Below, one piece after another: positions 9,255-18,339 of a stretch of 64,000 nt of DNA (positions are counted from its first letter, which is position 1; every line of letters begins with the position of its first letter). The translations under genes and the position numbers were made by a program. The notes beneath the pieces were generated by a model, which made no database searches, was not told where the DNA came from, and was given only the letters and a program-made list of their open reading frames with translations. Origin of the DNA: Thermodesulfobacteriota bacterium (GTDB lineage Bacteria > Desulfobacterota > Binatia > Bin18); NCBI GenBank assembly GCA_964291405.2, contig OZ219926.1, positions 3,488,001 through 3,552,000 on the forward strand, read 5' to 3'.

Positions 9255-10292
9255 GTGATTACCAATCTCGGACCGGAACTCACCCAAGCCGCGGACGCGA
9301 TGATTCGTGATGTCCTGCTGGTCCAGTCGGGCGAAACTGTGCTGATCACTGCGGATACGGCCTCGGATATGCAGACGGTTGAGGCCATCCAGAACGCGGC
9401 CCGCAGTCTGGATACGCCGGTGGCCCTGCTCATCTCTCCGCAACTCCCCTTCCAGGGCGCGCTGGGCGATCCCTATATTTCCGATCCAGTCCGAGCCGCG
9501 GTTACGAACTGTGACGTCTGGATAGACTTGGCCTTCCCCTATATGGCCGGCTCGAATGCGTTTGACGCGGCCATGCAGAACAAACGCACTCGCTATTATC
9601 TGGCTGCGGGTCTGAACGCCGAGTCCACGGTCCGGCTCTTCGGCAAGGTCAACCTCGACCGCCTGTTCGCCGTCACTGCTGCCTTTGACACCCTGCTGAT
9701 GGAGAAACAGGGCGCTCGAGGCCGCATTACCAACCCGGTCGGCACGGACATCAGCTTCACTCTTGGTGAGCCCATGGCCATGGGGACGGGGCGGGCCAAC
9801 GGACCGGGCGCCCTGTTCGTTCCAGGCACGGTCATGATCATGCCCAAGGAAGACTCGGTCAAAGGCGTGGTGAAGTTCGATACCGTTTTCCACGAGTACT
9901 ACACCCCGCTGGAAGAACCGATCAGCCTGACCATAGACGGAACCGTCCAAGACGTGTCGGGCGGTGTGGCTGAGGGAACCGTGTTGGAACGCTCGTTGCG
10001 GCGGGCCAGTGGCGAGGGGTTGGGCTACATCATTCACTTCACCTGCGGCATCCATCCGGCCGCGCGCTACACGGGTAACTGTTTTCTTGAGGACCAGCGC
10101 GTGTTGGGCTATAACGCGGTCGGCCTGGGCCTGCCGTTCTGGATGCCCGGCGGCGGCGAGAACCATCCCGACGCCGTGCTGTCAAAGCAGTCGCTCTGGC
10201 TCGACGGCGAGCAGATTGTCAAGGACGGCATTATTGTCGGTCCCCCCGACCTGGCGGAACTCGCCCAAGACTTGCAACCGCTGTATCGCTAA
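9255..10292 (+). CDS. NicX / peptidase M29-fold metalloenzyme (divergent)
   Basis: VQSGETVLITADT, NPVGTDISF, PGTV, IIHFTCGIHP, GGENHPD, LWLDGEQIVKDG. Confidence 0.75.
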   Translation: MITNLGPELTQAADAMIRDVLLVQSGETVLITADTASDMQTVEAIQNAARSLDTPVALLISPQLPFQGALGDPYISDPVRAAVTNCDVWIDLAFPYMAGSNAFDAAMQNKRTRYYLAAGLNAESTVRLFGKVNLDRLFAVTAAFDTLLMEKQGARGRITNPVGTDISFTLGEPMAMGTGRANGPGALFVPGTVMIMPKEDSVKGVVKFDTVFHEYYTPLEEPISLTIDGTVQDVSGGVAEGTVLERSLRRASGEGLGYIIHFTCGIHPAARYTGNCFLEDQRVLGYNAVGLGLPFWMPGGGENHPDAVLSKQSLWLDGEQIVKDGIIVGPPDLAELAQDLQPLYR

Positions 10293-10311
10293 ACTTCCCC
10301 TCCTCGGAGGG

Positions 10312-10365
10312 AAAGAGGAAACGTATCCTCCAGTCAAACAAAATAGCTGGACACGTTTCCTCTTT
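10312..10365. repeat. 17-bp stem / 20-nt loop inverted repeat (copy 1 of a two-copy element)
   Basis: aaagaggaaacgtatcc-N20-ggacacgtttcctcttt with one mismatch; homologous to 27228-27280. Confidence 0.85.
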
Positions 10366-10394
10366 GTGCCGCGTAGCGGCGGGGTGGGTTTTCC

Positions 10395-10700
10395 TCAGAC
10401 AGGCTCATAACGCCTAACGCTGATTTCATGCGCTCGGGCACGCATCTGCGACGCGTCATACCAGGCCTGCATTCGTAGGAGTAGGTCCATGCTCACGTCA
10501 AATGCCTGTTCGACACGAAATGCCATCTCCGGTGATAAGGCGGCCTTGGCGTTCAAGACTGCCGAAAGTGTTGCTCGTCGTACACCAAGAATTGCGGCCG
10601 CTTTTGTGATGCTCAGCCCCAGCTCTTCAATGACCTCGGCGCGGATGAAGTCACCTGGGTGAGAAGGGGTCATGTTCACTTTGATGCCGTTGGCCTCCAT
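10395..10700 (-). CDS. higA: HigA family antitoxin (HTH)
   Basis: PSHPGDFIR, LSITKAAAILGVRRATLS, LSPEMAFR, LLLRMQAWYD. Confidence 0.92.
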   Translation of the reverse strand: MEANGIKVNMTPSHPGDFIRAEVIEELGLSITKAAAILGVRRATLSAVLNAKAALSPEMAFRVEQAFDVSMDLLLRMQAWYDASQMRARAHEISVRRYEPV

Positions 10701-10990
10701 CAGTGGTAATCCTCCAAGTTCAAATGGTTAATAGTACCATCCTCCTCTTCAAACGTGATTCGCCAATTGCCGGATACTGAAACGCTCCATTCATTCTGCC
10801 GGTCTCCTGAGAGTCAGTGGACACGCTAGCCGCGAGGGGCATTACCAATAAAGCTGTCCAAATCGTCAGCCAGAATGAGCACCGTCAAAATCCTGCGAAT
10901 CCGATTAGCCAAGTCGTGTCTCAAAAACCGTGGGTCGTTGTTCTCAATAAGCCGACGTAAACCCCTGTGTCGGATAGAGCGTACAGTCAC
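10700..10990 (-). pseudogene. higB: HigB/RelE family toxin with two in-frame stop codons
   Basis: Manual translation: VTVRSIRHRGLRRLIENND...APRG*RVH*LSGDRQNEWSVSVSGNWRITF...LEDYH*. TAG at 10826-10828 and TGA at 10814-10816; GGAG RBS; TGATG coupling to higA. Confidence 0.88.
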
Positions 10991-11082
10991 ATCTCCAAGC
11001 GTACGGTTTCAGCGTACACTCTTCAAGGTCCTTCTTGAGTGTCGGCCGACTTCCCTTCCACTCTGGACATCTCAGAGAGGGA

Positions 11083-11200
11083 ATGGCGCTTGACCGTGTC
11101 ATCTCCTTGAACTCAGGTTCTTTTTCACCATTACCTTTGGCTCGATTATTGGCGTGGGCTGGATGATTGTGGTCGGGGACTGGCTCCAGAGTGCCGAACC
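11083..11200 (+). pseudogene. N-terminal remnant of an APC-family amino acid permease
   Basis: MALDRVIS, then after a frameshift FFTITFGSIIGVGWMIVVGDWLQSA (APC TM1 signature); no continuation. Confidence 0.6.
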
Positions 11201-11324
11201 GTCCTGCTACAGGGCAAGCTGGACCCTATGGCTAAACGCCTTTTTCCCTTGACCGGGTTCGGCTGTGCGCGCTAACGTCCATCCAGGCGCTTTCCAAGCT
11301 CATGCCTAATAACAGGGGAGGCGG

Positions 11325-12203
11325 ATGCAATACGGGATACATGTCAATAGTGGGGCGTCCGTGACCGACCCCGCCGTGCTGCGGGATATGGCCCAGCTTG
11401 CGGAAGAACTGGGCTGCGAGTCCATCTTGATTGGCGACCACATCCTGCCGCCACAAAAAATCCAGACTCCCTTCCCGGTGACGATGGACAATCCGCCGTG
11501 GCATGTGTACCAGGAGCACGATTGGCCGGACTGTTTCACTACCCTGGCGTTTCTGGCTGCCATCACGACGCGGGTCCGGTTGGGGGTGAGCGTGATTATC
11601 CTGCCCTATCGCCATCCCGCGGCCGTTACCAAGATGCTCACAACCCTGGACCGCTTGTCGGGTGGACGGATCATCTGTGGCGTTGGTATCGGCTGGCTGA
11701 AGGACGAGTTTGCGTTTCTTGGAGTCCCGTTCGAAGATCGTGCGGCCTTGAGCGAGGACTGTCTCAAGCTGATGAAAACCTTGTGGACGGACCCACATCC
11801 ACGTCTCAGCACAGCCTACGGCAGGATTGATGTCGATGTGAATTTTGGGCCGCAGCCCGTTCAGCGGCCACATCCGCCGATTTGGATCGGTGGCAACACC
11901 ACGCCCGCCCTGCGCCGCGTGGCACGGTGGGGAGACGGCTGGCAGCCGGTTTTTCTCCCGCCCGAGACAATTCAGCAGAAGACCGAGACCCTACACGCCC
12001 TGATGCGCGAGGCCGGGCGCGATGCCGCCCAGTTGGAGATCACCACCCTGGTCGGCTCGAATGTTTCCGTCGCCCAAGCGCAGGCCTACCAAGCGGCAGG
12101 AGTGCATGCCTTATACATGCTGACCACAACGGATCGGCCAGATGAACTCTTTGCGCAGATAAAACAGTTTGTGGCGACCATGCGAGAAGTCGGAAACGGT
12201 TAG
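11325..12203 (+). CDS. Luciferase-like monooxygenase, putative F420-dependent oxidoreductase
   Basis: AEELG..SILIGDH, TTRVRLGVSVIILPYRHP, TLDRLSGGR, GIGWLKDEF, PPIWIGG, WGDGW. Confidence 0.9.
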   Translation: MQYGIHVNSGASVTDPAVLRDMAQLAEELGCESILIGDHILPPQKIQTPFPVTMDNPPWHVYQEHDWPDCFTTLAFLAAITTRVRLGVSVIILPYRHPAAVTKMLTTLDRLSGGRIICGVGIGWLKDEFAFLGVPFEDRAALSEDCLKLMKTLWTDPHPRLSTAYGRIDVDVNFGPQPVQRPHPPIWIGGNTTPALRRVARWGDGWQPVFLPPETIQQKTETLHALMREAGRDAAQLEITTLVGSNVSVAQAQAYQAAGVHALYMLTTTDRPDELFAQIKQFVATMREVGNG

Positions 12204-12218
12204 AAAAGGAGAGACGCC

Positions 12219-13349
12219 ATGACGCGTATTATTGATGCGGACAGTCACTTTATGGAACCGCTCGATCTGTGGGAGCAGCATATCGATCCCCAGTACCGCT
12301 CGCGCTGCTTGCGGTTTGAACAAGACCCAAAAAGCAACCGGTATGCGGTTGCGGTTGAAGATGTGCGAATTGATCACTCTGGAGACCTCAGCATCGAGGA
12401 ACTCATGGGCGTTGCCGTGGGCTATGGCCAAAAAGAATCGGGCCAGGGGCTCAAGTCCTTTGATTGGACGCAGGCGTTCAGCCATTCACTTGAGGACATG
12501 GAGCAACGCATCCACTTCCTCGATGTCGAGGGCATAGAAGGCCAGTTTATCTACCCCACCCTTGGCTTGCTATGGGAGGACCTGGTTGAGGACCCGGAAC
12601 TCGCCGCGGCTCATTGCCGCGCCTATAACCGTTGGGCGATTGAAACCTGTCAGGGGCGTCTGGATCGTCTCTATCCCCTGGGTCATATTTCGTTGCGCAA
12701 CCCTGCCGCCGCAGTTGAGGAAATTAAGCAGTTGGCCAAAGCCGGCGTGCACGGAGTCTTTGTTGGCGCCCTGCCCATCGATGGCAAAAGCTTTGGCCAT
12801 CCGGACTTTGATCCCGTCTGGGCAACGGCCCAAGAGTGCGACATTGCCGTCGGACTGCACTTGGTGGTCCATGCAAAATACATTGGCAACGAGTGGTATA
12901 GCGACCGTGATCCCGGCTTTATGTTTCTCAGCATGAACGTCATTCAAGACCCGCGCATGGCCCTCACCACCATGATCTATGATGGCGTGTTTGAGCGTTT
13001 CCCGCGCTTACGGGTCGCCACGATTGAATCGGCGAGCGGCTGGGTGGCCGAGTGGCTCGACCGGCTGGACTATCGGTTTAGCTATATGGGTCATACCTGC
13101 CAGATGAAGCGGCCGGCCAGCGAATACTTTGCGCGGAATATCTGGATTTCCGCCGATCCGAGCGAACGGACCCTGCCGCATATGGTTGAGCTGGTTGGAG
13201 ACGACAAGTTTTTTGTTGGCTCGGACTATCCCCATGCCGAAGGCTTTACCGAGCCGGTCAAGAAAACCCGCGAATCGCTGACTCGTCTGCCCGAAGCCTC
13301 GGTCAACAAAATCCTGGGGGGGAATGCGGCCACCTTCTTTGGCCTGTAG
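12219..13349 (+). CDS. Amidohydrolase family 2 protein
   Basis: IIDADSH, YPTLG, AYNRW, GVFERFPRL, GSDYPH. Confidence 0.9.
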   Translation: MTRIIDADSHFMEPLDLWEQHIDPQYRSRCLRFEQDPKSNRYAVAVEDVRIDHSGDLSIEELMGVAVGYGQKESGQGLKSFDWTQAFSHSLEDMEQRIHFLDVEGIEGQFIYPTLGLLWEDLVEDPELAAAHCRAYNRWAIETCQGRLDRLYPLGHISLRNPAAAVEEIKQLAKAGVHGVFVGALPIDGKSFGHPDFDPVWATAQECDIAVGLHLVVHAKYIGNEWYSDRDPGFMFLSMNVIQDPRMALTTMIYDGVFERFPRLRVATIESASGWVAEWLDRLDYRFSYMGHTCQMKRPASEYFARNIWISADPSERTLPHMVELVGDDKFFVGSDYPHAEGFTEPVKKTRESLTRLPEASVNKILGGNAATFFGL

Positions 13350-13397
13350 TCCATACGAGCCTGATGCCGTCCAGAGCAGTGTTATGAGGCCAGCCGC

Positions 13398-15965
13398 ATG
13401 AAACAGCACGCCTTAGCCGATATGCAGTCTTCCGACCGCGTCCGCCGGTGGGACCTGTACGACCTGGACATGCTCGAGCGTATCCAACAGCGGGTGCTGT
13501 GGCTCTCAACTTATATTGTGCATTATGCGAACTTTGTGCGTCCCAACCCGGACGGGATCAAAGTGGGCGGGCATGAGGCCAGCTCCGCCTCTGTGGTGAC
13601 GCTGCTGACCGCGCTGTACTTTTATTTTCTGCGGCCGGGTGACCGCGTGTCCATTAAGCCGCACGCTTCCCCGGTGTTTCATGCGATTCAGTTTTTACGC
13701 GGCGTGCTGCCCCAGGAGAAGCTCAAGGCCTTCCGCCAGTACGGCGGCCTGCAAGCCTATCCGTCCCGCACCAAAGATCCGGACCAGGTCGATTTTTCAA
13801 CCGGGTCGGTCGGTCTTGGCGCGGTGGCGCCGCTCTTTGGTGCCCTGGTCCGTGACTATCTGGGCGACCACGCTGACGGAGCGGCCCAGCAGTCCGCTCC
13901 GTCTGAGGACGGGCCGTCCTCGGGCTGGCATATTGCCCTGGTCGGTGATGCCGAGTTGGACGAGGGCAATATCTGGGAGGCGCTGGGTGAAGCTTATACT
14001 CAGCGGATGTCCCGGGTGCTGTGGATTGTGGACCTGAACCGCCAGAGCCTCGACCGCGTCGTCCCGGACGGCCGCGCCCAGCAGTTGCGGGAAATGTTTG
14101 CCGCCAACGGCTGGCATATCATCGACCTCAAATACGGCCACCAACTCGAAAACGTCTTCCGCAAACCCTACGGGCTCAAACTCAGAGCCCGGATCGATGA
14201 GATGAGCAATGAGGAGTACCAGAGCCTGTTGCTCCAGGATGGCATCACTATCCGTGATCGTTTCATTCAATCCAACGGGAAAAAAGATGCGGCCATGGCC
14301 GAGCTGCTGGCCGGTTATGAGCCGGATGAGGTGAAAGAGCTGCTGGCCAATCTCGGCGGGCACGACCTGGAGCGGGTGCTCGAAGCCTTTGCCGAGGCGT
14401 TCGCCATCGAGACCCAACCGATTGTAATTTTTGCCTATACGATCAAAGGCTGGAGTCTGCCGCTGGCCGGCAATCCTGCCAACCACGCGCGGCTGCTCAA
14501 ACCCGGGGAGATCGAAGACGTCCGCCAGCGGCTGGGCGTGGCCGAGGGCGAGGAGTTTGCCGCCTTTCCCCCGGACAGCGAAGAGGCGCGCTATATCACC
14601 GCGTTGCTGCAGGAGGGGGAGGAGTTGGCCGAGGAAGCCCAGCATTCTGCTCCGGCCGAAGGGGCTGCGGGAACGGCCATCGAGATTCCAGCCGGCCTGG
14701 GCGGAACGTATCATGGCGTCCTGTCGACGCAGGCCATACTGGGTCGTATTTTTCTGGCCTTGAGTCGTCAGCCCGAGATTGCGCCCTATCTGGTCACGAT
14801 TTCACCCGATGTCGCCATGTCAACCAATCTGGGCGGCTGGATTCACAAGGTCGGCGTGTACTCGCGTCGTCAGATGAAGAATTATTTTGGAGAGTCGGAT
14901 ATCTCTCTGCTGATCGACTGGCGCGAGAACCCGACCGGTAAACACATTGAACTGGGCATCTCCGAGAATAATCTGTTTCTGGCTCTGGGTGCGTTTGGCC
15001 TGGCTGACGAGTTGTATGGGCAGTCCCTGCTGCCGATTGGCACGGTCTACGATCCGTTTGTGTGTCGGGCACTCGATGCTTTTATTTACGCGGCCTACTC
15101 GCAGGCTAAATTCATTGTCATCGGCACTCCCTCGGGGATCAGCCTCAGCCCCGAAGGCGGGGCGCACCAGTCGCTCATTACGCCGGGCATCGGGGTCCAA
15201 CTGCCGGGGGTCACGTATTATGAGCCGGCCTATGCGCTTGAGTTGGAATGGATCCTCCTGGCCGCGCTGGCTGAACTCCAGGACCGGGACACCGGTAAGA
15301 GCGCCTATTTGCGGCTCTCAACCAAACCGCTGGACCAAGCCGTCTTCAATATGGCGTTGGAGCGAGACGGGGAAGAAGACCTGCGGCAGCAGGTGCTTCA
15401 GGGAGGCTATCGGCTGCTGGATTGGCAGGCCGAAGAAGCCTACCAACCCGGCATGAACGTTGTCCATGTGTTTGTGACAGGCGCCATGCTGCCGGAAGCT
15501 GTTGAGGCCGCTCAACAGCTCAAGCAGCATGGGGTTTTTGCCAACGTGTTCAACGTGACCAGCGCGGACGTGTTGTTCCACGACTATATGACGACCCAGC
15601 AGCAGAATATGCAGGGCCAACGATACGAAAGCTGGGTGGAAGCCCTGGTGCCGGTTACGGAGCGGAGCGCTCCGGTTGTGACCCTCCACGACGCACACCC
15701 ACATACTCTGTCGTTTATTGGTGGGGCGCTGGCAACGCGGATGACCTGTCTCGGGGTGACCGAGTTCGGACAGTCCGGCGCCCAGGCCGACCTGTACCGA
15801 CGCTACGGGATTGCGCCCGAGAATACTCTTTCCCTTTTGTCGAATGAAGGCGGCCGCCCGCTGGATCGTGGGGCAGCAAGGATAGCTGATTTTCCTCTTC
15901 CTCGTCCCGGAAACACGTTCGTGCTTGAACGGGAAGAAAGTTCACGGCAATTTTGTGATTCGTGA
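13398..15965 (+). CDS. TPP-dependent 2-oxoacid dehydrogenase E1 (AceE/transketolase-like); last ~45 aa unreliable
   Basis: KVGGHEASSAS, QAYPS, STGSVGLG, GDAELDEG TPP motif, NRQSLD, ELGISENN, EGGAHQS. Sequence becomes garbled after YGIAPEN (~15825). Confidence 0.85.
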   Translation: MKQHALADMQSSDRVRRWDLYDLDMLERIQQRVLWLSTYIVHYANFVRPNPDGIKVGGHEASSASVVTLLTALYFYFLRPGDRVSIKPHASPVFHAIQFLRGVLPQEKLKAFRQYGGLQAYPSRTKDPDQVDFSTGSVGLGAVAPLFGALVRDYLGDHADGAAQQSAPSEDGPSSGWHIALVGDAELDEGNIWEALGEAYTQRMSRVLWIVDLNRQSLDRVVPDGRAQQLREMFAANGWHIIDLKYGHQLENVFRKPYGLKLRARIDEMSNEEYQSLLLQDGITIRDRFIQSNGKKDAAMAELLAGYEPDEVKELLANLGGHDLERVLEAFAEAFAIETQPIVIFAYTIKGWSLPLAGNPANHARLLKPGEIEDVRQRLGVAEGEEFAAFPPDSEEARYITALLQEGEELAEEAQHSAPAEGAAGTAIEIPAGLGGTYHGVLSTQAILGRIFLALSRQPEIAPYLVTISPDVAMSTNLGGWIHKVGVYSRRQMKNYFGESDISLLIDWRENPTGKHIELGISENNLFLALGAFGLADELYGQSLLPIGTVYDPFVCRALDAFIYAAYSQAKFIVIGTPSGISLSPEGGAHQSLITPGIGVQLPGVTYYEPAYALELEWILLAALAELQDRDTGKSAYLRLSTKPLDQAVFNMALERDGEEDLRQQVLQGGYRLLDWQAEEAYQPGMNVVHVFVTGAMLPEAVEAAQQLKQHGVFANVFNVTSADVLFHDYMTTQQQNMQGQRYESWVEALVPVTERSAPVVTLHDAHPHTLSFIGGALATRMTCLGVTEFGQSGAQADLYRRYGIAPENTLSLLSNEGGRPLDRGAARIADFPLPRPGNTFVLEREESSRQFCDS

Positions 15966-16329
15966 AGTACGGTGGGCAGATCTTGGGTCGATTTCTGACA
16001 GACGTTTGATATTGCGGGCGTGCAGTTCAGCCTGGGGACCAACAATACGTTATGGCATCGGAAGACTGAGCATTTTCATGAAACGCTGCCCAGTGAGGAG
16101 GGCCTCCACGACGAACTTCTCACTTGAATATTGGATAGATGATGGCTGCCCCATACCCAACCGGAGGGCCGCCTGCTTTTTGCAGTCTGCTCCCCTCCCT
16201 GATGAGGGCTGACAGCCTGGCCTATGTCCAAGAAATTCCCGGAATTTTCAGCCAAGGGGACAACGCTCGAAGACGTTGGAAGAGATTTCATATACGGTGA
16301 TACCAGCAGCTATAAAATGCATGATCGTT

Positions 16330-17557
16330 CCAATTTCGATAGTGACGTGCATTTTAATAGCAACGAACGCTCGGGTAGATACCGGGTTGCGCTGCATGAA
16401 TTCGGCCATGTGCTGGGCGATCACCCGGACGATCATGGTCAGTTTGTGAATGCCATTATGAACTCCAAGACCGATGATAACGGTCCGGTCAACGGACGAC
16501 TCATCGCTCGGGCCAAGTATGGTGGCGGTTCTAGTCGTGGACAACCCGACCCCACTGTCGGGATTTTGGACCCTGTCCGGCAGGGAAGGGCGTCGACTCT
16601 AACAGCGAATGCCAGGCCGGGCTTTGTCAACGATGTGGGCGCGCAGTATGGCCGGCGCGGAGCGGGGGGGCCTGACCCCGACTACACTACTGTGGGCCTC
16701 CACGAAGGTGTGTGTGCGATGTGGGCGGAGTATCGGCTCACCTGTGCGAAGCGGGGGGGCCTGACCCCGCTGGACTGTCCGGCAGGGAAGGGCGATTGCG
16801 ACTCTAACAGCGAATGCCAGGCCGGGCTCACCTGTGTCAACGATGTGGGCGCGCATATGGCTTAATACGATCGCTGACCCCGACGCTGGCGGCTCGGGGC
16901 AATAATGACAGCGGATGGGACGACCCGCGGGTGGTAATGAAGGCGTGTCAACGATGTGGGCGCGCAGTATGGCTTACCGGCATGTGTGCGAAGCGGGGGG
17001 ATCCGAGAGTAGCCTCAACGACTTGCTTGGGCTGGCAGTTTACGTATACCATAGGAAGCCCTCCGTCGTTCACTCAGACCTATCGGCTCAGCCGGATTGA
17101 TACCAGCACCGGGACTCGCCTCATTGTTGGAACCGATCAATACGGCGACCCGGTTGTTGCTGGACGCATCCAGGATGTCAATCCAGGTAATCCCTTACTG
17201 TATGAATTTGGATTGCTCGAACCTAGCGATTTCCTTATTTGTCGGTTCTTTGTGTTCAATAAGACCGGTAGTAACAGCGTTGAGGGGTTCTATTTTCAAA
17301 TTGATGTACGGAATGGAGTGTGTGGTACGGCTGCATCTGATATCTCTAATCCTTATCCAATGACAGGAATACGAACGAGTCGGTCCACATCGAGCATACA
17401 AGGGCAATCGACACCTCAAGATACAGTACTAGAACAACCGAACGCTGGGCTTCAGAGTCTTGAAGAGACCTCGACACTGAGCCTTTCCAGTCCCGATGAG
17501 GCGGACAGTGCCGCGATTCGGGATATGATAAACACGCTCTCCTCTGCACTAGACTAG
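16330..17557 (+). other. Garbled gene for a secreted matrixin-type Zn metalloprotease with Cys-rich tandem repeats
   Basis: YRVALHEFGHVLG-DHPDDHGQFVNAIMNS (metzincin motif plus Met-turn, one residue short). About 3 broken copies of CPAGKGDCDSNSECQAGLTCVNDVGAQYG. Clean C-terminal frame from ~17030 to 17557. Confidence 0.6.
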
Positions 17558-17613
17558 GCTGAAACGCCGTGCAGGTATATGAAGCTCTTTGAATCCTTAC
17601 TCTCACTAAGGGA

Positions 17614-17766
17614 ATGCTCATCTTTCTCACTTGAATATTGGATAGATGATGGCTGGTATGTCGGAGGGCTGAGATTCCCGGAATTTTCAGCCAAGGGGAG
17701 ACGCTCGAAGAGTTGGAAGAGAATATACGGGATGCCTATAAAATGATGATCGAATTTTGGAATTAA
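17614..17766 (+). pseudogene. hicB: HicB family antitoxin, frameshifted
   Basis: FSLEYWIDDGWYVG.L / EIPGIFSQGETLEELEENIRDAYKMM split over two frames. Confidence 0.7.
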
Positions 17767-17805
17767 CGCTTAGATATCCCCGGTGCATAGGAAGAAAGAT
17801 AACCC

Positions 17806-18339
17806 ATGCGTATCGGTCTCGTCACGGACACTCACCTGCCAAGTACGATCCGCGATCTATGGGACGAAGTCAGAGTCATTTTTGCAGGCGCGGACCTCAT
17901 CCTCCACGGCGGGGATATCGTCTCTCCTCGCGTGCTGGACTGGTTGGAGAATATCGCGCCGACGCTGGCGGCTCGGGGCAATAATGACAGCGGATGGGAC
18001 GACCCGCGGGTGGAAGACGTGCAGCGCCTGCACCTCGAAGGCTGGCGCATTGCCATGGTCCACGACATGGAGCCCGAAGAGCGGCCGATTGCCGACTTAA
18101 CCCGGCAGTATCTGCGCGGTGAGCCCGCCGACATTATCATCACCGGGCATACGCACTTTGAGCGTTTGGATTATCGAGAGGGAGTCTTGCAGATCAATTC
18201 GGGCAGCGTACCCACCCCCATCTGTGGTCCACCCGGCTCGGAACGGTCGGCCTCGATATCGTGCCCGGAAACATCACCGCCCTATTCTCCGGCTGGGCGA
18301 GAGCCCGCTGAAGAATCCGGGCCGGGAATTATTCTTTGA
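17806..18339 (+). CDS. Metallophosphoesterase (YfcE family), 3' end frameshifted
   Basis: DTH, HGGD, RGNND, GHTH, INSGS. After ~18208 the expected THPHLWSTRLGTVG continues in another frame. Confidence 0.85.
   Translation: MRIGLVTDTHLPSTIRDLWDEVRVIFAGADLILHGGDIVSPRVLDWLENIAPTLAARGNNDSGWDDPRVEDVQRLHLEGWRIAMVHDMEPEERPIADLTRQYLRGEPADIIITGHTHFERLDYREGVLQINSGSVPTPICGPPGSERSASISCPETSPPYSPAGREPAEESGPGIIL

Noticed and set aside
7020-10166. 1048-aa minus-strand ORF
   Set aside because: Antisense shadow of three well-supported plus-strand genes; no motifs; expected from GC-rich codon bias.
10814-10828. Stop-codon recoding in higB
   Set aside because: TAG and TGA both serve as normal stops throughout the window; two different stops in a toxin fit inactivation.
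16117-16934. Diversity-generating retroelement or shufflon
   Set aside because: Duplicated blocks are identical rather than A-mutated; no reverse transcriptase or invertase; the pattern fits a consensus artefact.
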